A model generated the notes under the pieces. It saw only the letters and a program-made list of their open reading frames with translations, did no database searches and was not told the DNA's origin. The translations under genes and the position numbers were made by a program. DNA of 64,000 bases from Minisyncoccota bacterium (GTDB lineage Bacteria; Patescibacteriota; Minisyncoccia; Phycocordibacterales; CAJBRS01): the NCBI GenBank assembly GCA_017881075.1, contig JADGRH010000003.1:64682-128681 (forward strand). The letters are read 5' to 3'. This document shows positions 17,158 to 26,167 of this stretch, piece by piece (positions within the stretch are counted from its first letter, which is position 1; every line of letters begins with the position of its first letter).

Positions 17158-17661
17158 GTGGAAAATGAGTTTAAGAATCTTGCTTTTATAGATGGACAGA
17201 ATCTGTATATGGGTACGTCAAAGCGAGAGATCGATCCGTGGGAAATTAACCTTACCCGATTCTGTGTATATCTGGATGAAAAATACAATGTCGGTAATGC
17301 CTATTATTTTTTAGGATATGTGCAGGAGGCAAATCAAGAACTCTACGAAGAAATACAAAAGGCTGGTTTCTTGCTAGTATTTCGAGAACATAATCCAGCG
17401 ATGATTGGGAAGAAAAAAGGAAATGTGGATTCAGATATTGTCTTTCATGTCATGAAAAATCTATACAAGAAAGAGAATTTTAAAAAGATAATCCTTGTTT
17501 CTGGAGATGGTGACTATAAATTACTGGTTGATTTTTTGATAGCAGAGAACCGATTCGAGAAGATATTGTTTCCGAATAGAGAATTTGCGTCTTCTTTGTA
17601 CAAGAAACTCGGTTCGGAATATTTTGATTACTTAGAAAATATAAAGACATATATCACATAA
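17158..17661 (+). CDS. NYN-domain (PIN-like, LabA/YacP-like) ribonuclease
   Basis: AFIDGQNLY .. D .. VSGDGDY signature of NYN domains; terminator hairpin follows at about 17671..17708. Confidence 0.7.
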   Translation: MENEFKNLAFIDGQNLYMGTSKREIDPWEINLTRFCVYLDEKYNVGNAYYFLGYVQEANQELYEEIQKAGFLLVFREHNPAMIGKKKGNVDSDIVFHVMKNLYKKENFKKIILVSGDGDYKLLVDFLIAENRFEKILFPNREFASSLYKKLGSEYFDYLENIKTYIT

Positions 17662-17823
17662 AAAGAAAAGGGCTCCTAAGGCACTTACACCTTTCGGATC
17701 CCTTTTCGTCTGAATATTTAAATAATATCGAAATCTGCGAATCTGTCAAACCAAAACTTCATAAATTCTTTATATGAAAGCACCTTTTATGTTAATATGG
17801 AATAAATAATCATCTTTAAACCT

Positions 17824-18138
17824 ATGCAAAATAAATACCCAATTTGGCACAGTTTGGGGCATGCGATATTGGTCTTTCTATATGTATCGGGAGTATCGTG
17901 GCTTATGTTCAATAGCCAAAATCTTTTCGGCCAAGTCAAAGATAGTTTTCTCGATCCGCTTGCCGTACTTCTTCTTTTTGTGCTCTCGGCCACTATTGTC
18001 GGCACACTCGTCCTCGGCCGGCCGATTCTCCTTTATTGGGATGGTAAGAAGAAAGAAGGTCTAGAGTTTTTTGGCCTGACCGTTCTATGGATGATCATTA
18101 TCACCACTATTGTCTTTATTTATCTTTTGGCTAGGTAG
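17824..18138 (+). CDS. small membrane protein
   Basis: 104 aa, 3 hydrophobic helices. Confidence 0.4.
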   Translation: MQNKYPIWHSLGHAILVFLYVSGVSWLMFNSQNLFGQVKDSFLDPLAVLLLFVLSATIVGTLVLGRPILLYWDGKKKEGLEFFGLTVLWMIIITTIVFIYLLAR

Positions 18139-18379
18139 AAATAAAAGGGTCAGGAGACATTTTTATGGATTGATTGATCCCAATAATCGAAAGGACCACA
18201 ATAAGGAGGACCAATATTCCTATACAGATGAACAGTTTCTTTTCTTCGAGCAAAATCCGTAAGATCTTCATAAAGATTTTATCACGGAATAAAAAGGGCC
18301 AGTTTTTTGACAATATAAGGATTCTGGATCCTAAGGGGATATAAAAAATAAAAAGCGCCTGATTGGGTAATGAATCCAA
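18131..18379 (-). CDS. small membrane protein
   Basis: 82 aa, hydrophobic. Confidence 0.3.
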   Translation of the reverse strand: MDSLPNQALFIFYIPLGSRILILSKNWPFLFRDKIFMKILRILLEEKKLFICIGILVLLIVVLSIIGINQSIKMSPDPFIST

Positions 18380-18877
18380 TCAAGCAACTTTGAATGTACG
18401 AGTCAGGAGCTCACAAGCAGCTGGCTTGCCGAAGTCAACGATTCGGATTGTTCCGTCGGAGTATCGACAATACTGCCTAGCTTCCTGCAGATCGGCGAGA
18501 GATGTGTCCACCCCTCCAATATTGTCCCATCCGTTCGGAAAACGCTCACGCACTTCCTCCAGAGTAACGGCTGTTCCTCGATCTTGGGTGGCGATCAGGC
18601 CGCCCCACATCAGACGGCGCATTGGCATCAGCCTGTCATCATGGGTTCTGAGGTACTGGCTATATTCCAACCGATTCCCCAGAATTCCATCCATGAAGCT
18701 GTGTTTAATGGAGGAACGGTAGCTGCCGAAACGTTGGATGTGTCGCCGACGTCTGTCTGCCGAAACTGCTAACCCGAGCAGCCTCTCAATGAGCCGAAGA
18801 GGGCGGAAAAAACCGATTCTTATAGCGCGATCTTCCAAAAGAATGACCACGCGGGTAGAGCCTTTCAGGATTTTCAT
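18380..18877 (-). CDS. hypothetical protein, GC-rich relative to surroundings
   Basis: 165-aa Arg-rich ORF; visibly elevated GC; no family recognised. Confidence 0.4.
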   Translation of the reverse strand: MKILKGSTRVVILLEDRAIRIGFFRPLRLIERLLGLAVSADRRRRHIQRFGSYRSSIKHSFMDGILGNRLEYSQYLRTHDDRLMPMRRLMWGGLIATQDRGTAVTLEEVRERFPNGWDNIGGVDTSLADLQEARQYCRYSDGTIRIVDFGKPAACELLTRTFKVA

Positions 18878-18988
18878 CTGTAAAAATACTACAACTCTTA
18901 TTAGAAACAGTCAAATATGGGAAAAGGTGTAATGGTGTATGATGAAGGATCGTCACCTAAGGTAATTATTCTTTAATCATTTATTTAT

Positions 18989-19438
18989 ATGAACAAAGAC
19001 ATTAACGCCAAGGATCTAAAAAAAGAATCACCCCGAAGCGCTTACGAGACCATGGGAGGCTACGCCATTTTACCAAGAGCGATCGATAAAGGCCGTGCCA
19101 CCATTGCAGGAACGCAGTGGGAATATAATTTTGACTGCCCGGTGGATAATAAATTTTTAAGTTTTAGCGGTCTGAAAGGGGAAGATATGAAAGCGGTGCT
19201 CGCGAGCGGAGCGAGCGACGAAGAAGTGCTTGAATGGGTGAAGAAGAGTGCCACATCGCACACAGATGAAGAGATCAAAGAATGGTCCGATCATTTTCAC
19301 AGCGACTACTCCTATACCACCGATCCGGATAAAAGCGGCTGGTTTAGGGGAGAATGCGCTAAGTATGGTCTTGATCCCGACAAAACCACTCTGTTTGATT
19401 TTCTTGATGTAGATGACCGTGAGTCTCATAAGAGCTAA
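18989..19438 (+). CDS. conserved hypothetical protein
   Basis: 149 aa; MGGYAILPRAIDKGRA motif; terminator-like hairpin at 19477..19527. Confidence 0.45.
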   Translation: MNKDINAKDLKKESPRSAYETMGGYAILPRAIDKGRATIAGTQWEYNFDCPVDNKFLSFSGLKGEDMKAVLASGASDEEVLEWVKKSATSHTDEEIKEWSDHFHSDYSYTTDPDKSGWFRGECAKYGLDPDKTTLFDFLDVDDRESHKS

Positions 19439-19527
19439 AGTTATATAATAAACGGCAAGATGAATAAATTAAATGGACAGGTGCATTATTCATACATTAT
19501 TTAAAATACACCTGTCCCTTTTTACCC

Positions 19528-19791
19528 ATGAAAATCATCGTCAAGGCAAAACCAAAGGCGAAGGAGGAGAAAGTAGAGAGGGTGACCCCTCACCAAATTT
19601 CTTTGAATTTGAAATTTGGTGAGGGGGCTGAAATGGATGTCTATAAAGTTTCGGTCAAAGAGCCGCCGGTAGATGGACGGGCAAATGAGGCCATAACGAA
19701 AGCTTTGGCCAAGCATTTCGGCGTTTCTTTGTCTCAAGTCCGTCTGGTGTCTGGGGCGAGAGGAAAGAAGAAGATTTTTGAAATTAAGTAA
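19528..19791 (+). CDS. YggU/DUF167 family protein
   Basis: PVDGRANEAITKALAKHFGVSLSQVRLVSGARGKKK matches the DUF167 core. Confidence 0.7.
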   Translation: MKIIVKAKPKAKEEKVERVTPHQISLNLKFGEGAEMDVYKVSVKEPPVDGRANEAITKALAKHFGVSLSQVRLVSGARGKKKIFEIK

Positions 19792-19811
19792 TAGGGATTA
19801 TCATTTAGAAG

Positions 19812-20462
19812 ATGAAAAACCTATTTTACAAATTGCCAGAGAATGTTGCCGCCTGTTTTAAGGGCCGTAATTTGCTGTGGCAAATTGCGGCAATTGTTTT
19901 GACTTATCTTTTAGTGGTGACGGGGGCGGATTGGGCTTACTTTCAACTTTTTCAGGGGAAGGGGATCTATCAATATCTTTTCTTGGCCGGACTTGTAGGG
20001 TTTCTGGTGCCGGTGATCTTACCGATAATCTTTTTACTGATTGGGGTAATGAAGAAGAACGGGAGATTATTGAATGCCGGATGGGGAATTGCTCAAGCGG
20101 AAATTCTGGCCTGGTGTTTATCCGCTTTTTATAAATTTTTCACCGGTCGGGCACATCCGAGCATGTCGGGAGTCAATACAGACATCACCCATGTTTTTAA
20201 TTTTGGTCTTGATCGCGGCGGCATCTTCTGGGGTTGGCCGTCATCGCACACCATCGTCGCCTTTGCCATGGCCAGCGCCATCGCCGCTCTATTTCCCGAG
20301 AAAATGGCCACGAAAGTCTTGGTTTTTATCTACGCTTTCTATATAGGCCTCAGTGTCGCCGGCAGCTTCCACTGGTTCTCCGATTTCATTGCTGGTGCCA
20401 TCATCGGTGCCATCGTGGGTACGGTGGTGGGCAGGAGTTTTCGAATAAAGCCGTTTTCATAA
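19812..20462 (+). CDS. PAP2-family membrane phosphatase
   Basis: K-x6-RP-like KFFTGRAHP, PSSHT, and SFHWFSD (SR .. H .. D) motifs with TM helices. Confidence 0.65.
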   Translation: MKNLFYKLPENVAACFKGRNLLWQIAAIVLTYLLVVTGADWAYFQLFQGKGIYQYLFLAGLVGFLVPVILPIIFLLIGVMKKNGRLLNAGWGIAQAEILAWCLSAFYKFFTGRAHPSMSGVNTDITHVFNFGLDRGGIFWGWPSSHTIVAFAMASAIAALFPEKMATKVLVFIYAFYIGLSVAGSFHWFSDFIAGAIIGAIVGTVVGRSFRIKPFS

Positions 20463-20533
20463 TTCTTTTGTACCCTTTACAAAATCTTATTTTGTGTTAA
20501 TATGTAGGAAGACTTGAAAACTACATATTAAGA

Positions 20534-21133
20534 ATGAAAACTAACTCAACGAACCTTTTCCTGATTATTGTCGGTCTCGGTATTATGACCATCGGTCTAT
20601 TTCGAGAAGTTCCTCTAAAATTTGATCAACGTTTTTGGTGGAACACCGTTCCGCTAGCCGTGGTCTTTCTCGCCGTTATTACACTGGCTATTTATGTTGG
20701 AGGGATTAAATATTTCCTTGTCGGCATTGATGGAGCGGTGTCTACCTCGGCGACCTTCCTTCTGACTCTCGTTCTACTCATGCCACTCATTGGCTTTAGC
20801 GCTCCGGTCGCCCATCACTTTGAAGCGACTATTGGTCAGGCATTGAGCGGACCTTTCGGCTATGGATGGGGAATCATCAGCGCCTTTCTTACACCAGGCG
20901 GTAATGCTCTCTCCGGTGTGGTCAGCCGATTGTGGGCGGTTAATCACCACTTACGACCACTTCTTCTTTACTTTCTGACCACTGTGCCTCTTACTAGTTT
21001 GACGATCTACTATATTCGTCAGCTGGGACTTGGTCCGGAGATTGCCAAGGAGATGTACAAAGTCAACTGGATGGTAGCCATCTGGCTCATGCCGTTCTTT
21101 TGGGTCTGGGGCAGATACTTCTACAAGGTTTAA
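20534..21133 (+). CDS. polytopic membrane protein
   Basis: 199 aa, about 6 TM segments. Confidence 0.45.
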   Translation: MKTNSTNLFLIIVGLGIMTIGLFREVPLKFDQRFWWNTVPLAVVFLAVITLAIYVGGIKYFLVGIDGAVSTSATFLLTLVLLMPLIGFSAPVAHHFEATIGQALSGPFGYGWGIISAFLTPGGNALSGVVSRLWAVNHHLRPLLLYFLTTVPLTSLTIYYIRQLGLGPEIAKEMYKVNWMVAIWLMPFFWVWGRYFYKV

Positions 21134-21253
21134 ATCCTTTTGCATCCGACTGTTCATAGGAACTATCGGATGTTTTTATTTAATATCGTTCGGAGTGTTA
21201 TAATTACACCTAAGACGAACTCTTGCCAGATAAAATATGCTAGACTTCTTTTT

Positions 21254-21715
21254 ATGATAATGAATCTGTCGGAAAACATGAAAGATGATAAGGAACGCCA
21301 AAAAGACGTCGGTTCTATAGATATTACTCGGGAGAAAGTTCTCGGTCTAATTAAAGACACTCCCAATTTTCAGAAAAATCTAGAGAGCATATTGGACTTG
21401 TTGGATAATCTAACTACGGGGATTAAAACTTTTGAAGCAGATGGATTTCCAGAAACAGATGATTATGTGGCCTTCCTTGACCAGACGTATGATGCGGCGA
21501 GCGATGTTTTTGAGGCATTAAAAAAACAATTTATGGAATTGCCTTGGGCGCCGGAATCGATGGAGAAATTAAAGACGATTATTGCTACCGCCCGTGAGGC
21601 CTTTCAAGGGGTAAAAGAAGAAATGCCGGAGGAATATGAAGAATTTGATATGACTCTTATCGATCTTGAGGTGATGGTAAGTGATCAGCTGGAGATGGCC
21701 GGGGAGCATGTCTAA
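21254..21715 (+). CDS. hypothetical cytoplasmic protein (start uncertain; ORF opens at 21140)
   Basis: acidic helical protein; internal Met chosen to avoid an unlikely hydrophobic leader. Confidence 0.35.
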   Translation: MIMNLSENMKDDKERQKDVGSIDITREKVLGLIKDTPNFQKNLESILDLLDNLTTGIKTFEADGFPETDDYVAFLDQTYDAASDVFEALKKQFMELPWAPESMEKLKTIIATAREAFQGVKEEMPEEYEEFDMTLIDLEVMVSDQLEMAGEHV

Positions 21716-22811
21716 TTCTTGGAAAAAACTATCTGATTGGTATTGGCGATATGAGCGACATCTCTCCTCGCTCGGTCTTATTGGTGGTTTCCTTTTTGAT
21801 ATTTTTACTTTGACCAGAATAGATCACGCTCTGGAAAATATTTGGGTGGGATTCCATCTATTGGTGGCGGCCTTCGGAATCTTAATGCTTAATCTTTATG
21901 AAGAAGGGAAGTTAAAAGCGAAAGTGCCGGGGCGTGCACATTTTTGGTGGACTTTTGTCATTCAATTTGCTTTCGGAGGATTATTCAGTGTCTTTTTAGT
22001 TTTTTATTCCCGAAGTACTTCCTTTTTCGCCAGCTGGCCATTTCTTTTACTACTGGCTCTGAATTTCCTGGCCAATGAACGCCTGCGCAAGCATTATGTT
22101 CGCACCGGTTTTCAAATGGCAATGCTTTTTCTCGGCATCTTCTTTTACGATATCTACATTGTGCCTATCATCTTCAAATCAATCTCGTCGGGAATCTTTA
22201 TTATCAGCGGCGTGGTCAGCTTGATGATAATGGGAATTTTTATTTTTATTCTTTCTCTGCTTACACCCAATCGGATCTGGAAAGAAAAATGGATATTGGT
22301 CTGGAGTATCGGCGGATCCTTCCTTCTGATCAATCTTTTATATTTCACCCATCTTATTCCACCCATCCCGCTCTCGCTAAAAGAGGCGGGGGTTTATCAT
22401 TTAGTTTCTAAGGATGCTAGCGGAACGGGCTACAATGTTTTAGAAGAATATCAGAACGGCCAGTCTTGGTTCCACTATTTTCTGCCGGCGGACACTATTC
22501 ATTTAGTGGTAGGCCAGCCAGCTTATGTCTATAGCGCCGTCTTTGCTCCTACCAATTTTGCTACTTCCATTGTGCACCGATGGCAATATTACTCCGATAC
22601 GGAAAAGAAATGGCAGACGGTAAGCCTTATTCCGCTCACAATTATCGGAGGCCGTGACGGGGGTTTCCGAACCTTTTCGTTAAAGACTAATCTCGCTCCA
22701 GGCAAATGGAGGGTGAGTGTGGAAACTACGACGGGGCAGGTGATAGGCCGGCTCGACTTTTTGGTCGAGCCGGCCGAATTTACCCCGCTCTTGAGGGAAG
22801 TGGCTAGATAG
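21681..22811 (+). CDS. membrane protein with C-terminal extracytoplasmic domain
   Basis: 376 aa, 6-7 TM segments then a soluble domain. Confidence 0.45.
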   Translation: MISWRWPGSMSNSWKKLSDWYWRYERHLSSLGLIGGFLFDIFTLTRIDHALENIWVGFHLLVAAFGILMLNLYEEGKLKAKVPGRAHFWWTFVIQFAFGGLFSVFLVFYSRSTSFFASWPFLLLLALNFLANERLRKHYVRTGFQMAMLFLGIFFYDIYIVPIIFKSISSGIFIISGVVSLMIMGIFIFILSLLTPNRIWKEKWILVWSIGGSFLLINLLYFTHLIPPIPLSLKEAGVYHLVSKDASGTGYNVLEEYQNGQSWFHYFLPADTIHLVVGQPAYVYSAVFAPTNFATSIVHRWQYYSDTEKKWQTVSLIPLTIIGGRDGGFRTFSLKTNLAPGKWRVSVETTTGQVIGRLDFLVEPAEFTPLLREVAR

Positions 22812-23027
22812 GGTATGTTATAGATAAGATGAAAAAAAGATACGAATTCCTAATCATATTAATTATCCTCGTTCTTATTATCGGCCTCGGTCTGTGGCGA
22901 GCCATCTCCCTCTCTCTTCCTCCCCCGAGTCTTCACCCCCTATCTTCCAAAACTTTTGTGCCACTAAGTCCACCGATTTATTCTACTTCTTCTACTCCAA
23001 ATGCCACCTCCACTATTTAATTTTTTA

Positions 23028-23414
23028 ATGAAAATTGACGAAGAATTAAAAAAAGAAAATCCGGAGCTCTATCATGTGGCCAGAGAGAAGGGAACCGAGA
23101 TGCCTTTCACCGGCAAATATGTTCACGCTACGGAAAAGGGAACATACAACTGTGCCGTCTGTGGCCAGCCGCTTTTCAATTCTGATGTCAAATTTGATTC
23201 CGGAAGTGGTTGGCCGAGTTTTTATGATGCTATTTCGGGAAGTATTAAAAAAGAAGAAGACAATAGTGGTGGGATGAGAAGAATGGAGGTGACTTGCTCT
23301 CGTTGTGGCGCCCACTTAGGGCATCTTTTTGACGACGCGCCGCAGACTCCCACTGGCGCCAGATACTGTATTAACGGAGTCTGTTTGGATTTGGAAAAAA
23401 ATGAAAATAAATAA
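23028..23414 (+). CDS. msrB: peptide-methionine (R)-S-oxide reductase MsrB
   Basis: two CxxC pairs (CAVCGQ, CSRCGA); GSGWPSF; HLGHLFDD; RYCINGV; start set to MKIDEE. Confidence 0.8.
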   Translation: MKIDEELKKENPELYHVAREKGTEMPFTGKYVHATEKGTYNCAVCGQPLFNSDVKFDSGSGWPSFYDAISGSIKKEEDNSGGMRRMEVTCSRCGAHLGHLFDDAPQTPTGARYCINGVCLDLEKNENK

Positions 23415-24039
23415 ACTCGGACATTGCTGTCTAATAATAGAAGAAAACGGACTACGGATTTTAACTGATCCGGGCAATTACACTGAAAAACAAAATGAAG
23501 TGACCGGTATTGATATTGTACTCATTAGTCATGAACATAGTGATCACTATCATGTTGAATCGGTGAGAGCGGTAATGAAGAATAATCCGCAGGCGAAGAT
23601 TATTACCAATAGCGCCGTCGGTAAGATTCTGGATACAGAAGGTTTTATCTACACTATTATCGGTGATGGTCAGAGCATAACCGAAAAAGGAGTTTTGATC
23701 GAAGGTTTTGGAAAAGAACACGCTCCGATCTATAAAGATTTAATGATGGTGGAGAACACCGGATACTTAATCGCCTCACGACTTTATATTCCTGGTGACG
23801 CATTCCATAATCCGGCAAAGCCCGTGGAGCTTCTGGCTTTGCCGGTTGCCGGACCGTGGGTCAAAATTTCCGATTCAATAGATTATGCAATTGCCGTAAA
23901 TCCTAAAATTGTTTTTCCGGTTCACGATTCTAATTTACGAGTACTTGGCGGGGCGCCATACTATATTACTGAAGGAGTACTGGCAAAACACAGCATCAAA
24001 TTCTTACCCCTTGAAATTGAGAAGGAAACAGAGATATAA
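23401..24039 (+). CDS. MBL-fold metal-dependent hydrolase
   Basis: HEHSDHYH (HxHxDH); further His/Asp ligands; start set to MKINKLGH to avoid overlap with msrB. Confidence 0.6.
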   Translation: MKINKLGHCCLIIEENGLRILTDPGNYTEKQNEVTGIDIVLISHEHSDHYHVESVRAVMKNNPQAKIITNSAVGKILDTEGFIYTIIGDGQSITEKGVLIEGFGKEHAPIYKDLMMVENTGYLIASRLYIPGDAFHNPAKPVELLALPVAGPWVKISDSIDYAIAVNPKIVFPVHDSNLRVLGGAPYYITEGVLAKHSIKFLPLEIEKETEI

Positions 24040-24046
24040 TTAATCC

Positions 24047-24349
24047 ATGGAAACCATCTTTGCTTACGGCACTCTGAAGGATCCCAAGGTCCAGCAGGAG
24101 GTGATAGGTAGAAAAGTTGTCGGCATGCCGGATCATTTGGACGGCTGTATTAAATCTCATTTTCAACACGGCACCCGCAAGACCTACCCGGTCATTCTTT
24201 GTTCTATTGAAGGGCATGGAGTGGATGGTCTGCTCTTTTCTGTGACGCCGGAGGAACTTACAAAAATTGACGAATATGAAAACGACATCTATCGACGGGA
24301 AAAAGTGACATTGAAGAGCGGCACTCCCGCCTGGGCATACGTTAAATGA
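24047..24349 (+). CDS. gamma-glutamylcyclotransferase (AIG2/GGCT-like) family protein
   Basis: IFAYGTLKDP start and a conserved Glu near the C-terminus. Confidence 0.6.
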   Translation: METIFAYGTLKDPKVQQEVIGRKVVGMPDHLDGCIKSHFQHGTRKTYPVILCSIEGHGVDGLLFSVTPEELTKIDEYENDIYRREKVTLKSGTPAWAYVK

Positions 24350-24434
24350 GAACATAGAAGGTTTTTTATTATATTTTTAATTTCTTTTCATCAGTCACCA
24401 GTTAAAATGGTGAATTATTATTTAATAATTCGCC

Positions 24435-25556
24435 ATGAATACAATCAAAGCAGGGGTTTTTCTTCTCGGTCTAATTCTTCTCGGGCTACCTCTTCCCTCG
24501 CTTGCTAGTTCCAAGATTACTGATTTCAAAGCTCGGCCGCCGGTGCATGTGCTCGGCGCACCGGCGGCCTTCCCCAAAGGTCTTTCTCCAGATCAGGTTA
24601 AAGGTGTTTACCATCTGCCGAAAACTGGCGGTCATGGAACCATTGCCATCATTGTAGCCTATGACGATCCGACTATTGAAAACGATCTAAATGTTTTTAG
24701 TCGAGCATTTAATTTACCGACCTGTACATATCAGAATAATTGTTTAGAGAAACATCCGATGGGCGAAAATCTTTCTTCCAATAAGAATTGGTCGCTCGAG
24801 ACCTCGCTTGATGTTGAGTGGGCACATGCCATAGCTCCAAGAGCAAAGATTCTTTTAATTGAATCAAAAACATCCGGCGGTAATAATCTTCTTGGAGCTA
24901 TTGATTATGCAAGAAGTCGTAGAGATGTGGTAGCTGTATCAATGAGTTGGGGAGGGGCGGAGTTTCCGAGTGAAGTTAATTTGGATTCTCAATTCCAAAG
25001 TTCATCTGGCGCCACTTTCTTTGCTTCTTCTGGCGACAACGGCGCCGGTGTAAGTTGGCCATCTGTTTCTTCAAATGTAGTATCTGTCGGTGGTACTTCT
25101 CTCGGGTTTTCTTTAAACGGGAATTTTCTTAAAGAAATGGCCTGGAGTGGAAGCGGTGGTGGGGTAAGTAAATATGAGAAAGAACCGACATACCAACTCT
25201 CTTACAATATCCCAAGATCAAATAGTATGAGATCTATTCCGGATGTTTCTTATAATGCCGATCCGGCTTCAGGCTTTTCGGTCTATCGAAGTGTTCCGCA
25301 TTCATTACAGTCAACTAAAAATTGGTACGTCATTGGTGGCACCAGTGCTGGCGCTCCACAATGGGCCGCCATAAAATCTCTTGGCCTCTCAGCGTCCAAT
25401 GAAAAGTTTTACACTGATAAAGCAGCGGATAACAATGCCTCATATTTTCGTGATATAACCAGCGGCACGAATGGCGATTGCACCTATTATTGTCAGGCCA
25501 GAAAACATTATGATTATGTTACCGGTCTCGGCAGTCCACAAACTATCTCTTTCTGA
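24435..25556 (+). CDS. secreted S8/S53 (sedolisin-like) serine peptidase
   Basis: signal peptide; SSGDNGAG and GGTSAGAPQWAAI motifs. Confidence 0.5.
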   Translation: MNTIKAGVFLLGLILLGLPLPSLASSKITDFKARPPVHVLGAPAAFPKGLSPDQVKGVYHLPKTGGHGTIAIIVAYDDPTIENDLNVFSRAFNLPTCTYQNNCLEKHPMGENLSSNKNWSLETSLDVEWAHAIAPRAKILLIESKTSGGNNLLGAIDYARSRRDVVAVSMSWGGAEFPSEVNLDSQFQSSSGATFFASSGDNGAGVSWPSVSSNVVSVGGTSLGFSLNGNFLKEMAWSGSGGGVSKYEKEPTYQLSYNIPRSNSMRSIPDVSYNADPASGFSVYRSVPHSLQSTKNWYVIGGTSAGAPQWAAIKSLGLSASNEKFYTDKAADNNASYFRDITSGTNGDCTYYCQARKHYDYVTGLGSPQTISF

Positions 25557-25568
25557 TATAATCGCCAG

Positions 25569-26024
25569 ATGAAATTCAAGTCCATTTTGATCATTATTGT
25601 CGTTGTTTTGATTGTGGTGACGTTATCTTTTTTATATTTCTCTCATTCTCCCTCGCAACAAAAAAACTACGGATTTGAGCCACTTTCTATCGGACAGAGC
25701 ACTGTTAATGTAGAAATCGCCAACACCGAAGCTAAAAGAACTTTAGGCTTGGGTAATCGTTCCACTCTGTTAGAAAATAATGGCATGCTCTTTGTATTTG
25801 ATAAACCGGGTACCTATGGTTTTTGGATGAAGGATACGAATTTTCCGCTAGATTTTATCTGGATTGATGAAAATAAAAAAATTATTGACATCACCAATGA
25901 TGTTTTACCAGAAACGTACCCGAAAGTTTTCTATTCGTCCAGTCCGGTGCTCTATGTCTTGGAGGTAGGGGGTGGATGGGCCGAATCTCACGGAATCAAA
26001 ATTGGGGCAGAGGTTGGTTTCTAA
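25569..26024 (+). CDS. DUF192 domain protein
   Basis: NGMLFVFD .. FWMKDTNFPLDFIWIDENKKII pattern. Confidence 0.6.
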   Translation: MKFKSILIIIVVVLIVVTLSFLYFSHSPSQQKNYGFEPLSIGQSTVNVEIANTEAKRTLGLGNRSTLLENNGMLFVFDKPGTYGFWMKDTNFPLDFIWIDENKKIIDITNDVLPETYPKVFYSSSPVLYVLEVGGGWAESHGIKIGAEVGF

Positions 26025-26030
26025 AAATTG

Positions 26031-26068
26031 ACGGCAAAAGAGCCCTATTTCCTAGGCTCTTTTGCCGT
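26031..26068 (+). terminator. rho-independent terminator
   Basis: GGCAAAAGAGCC..loop..GGCTCTTTTGCC. Confidence 0.6.
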
Positions 26069-26167
26069 CGCCGTTTACATTTAAAAATTTTCATTTCCGT
26101 CTGAGGAATTTCCTTGCTTCGGTATAGAAATTCAGCTTTCATTGATGTAGAATGGTGGAATAAAGTC

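Noticed and set aside
23329-23400. 5' extension of the MBL hydrolase ORF overlapping msrB
   Set aside because: The extension encodes an Arg/Pro-rich leader with no homology and overlaps the conserved MsrB C-terminus in another frame. The internal Met at 23401 gives the canonical MBL N-terminus.
26069-26167. NrdR box or B12 riboswitch upstream of nrdA
   Set aside because: No acaCwAtATaTwGtgt-like NrdR palindromes were seen, and a class I RNR would not need a cobalamin riboswitch.
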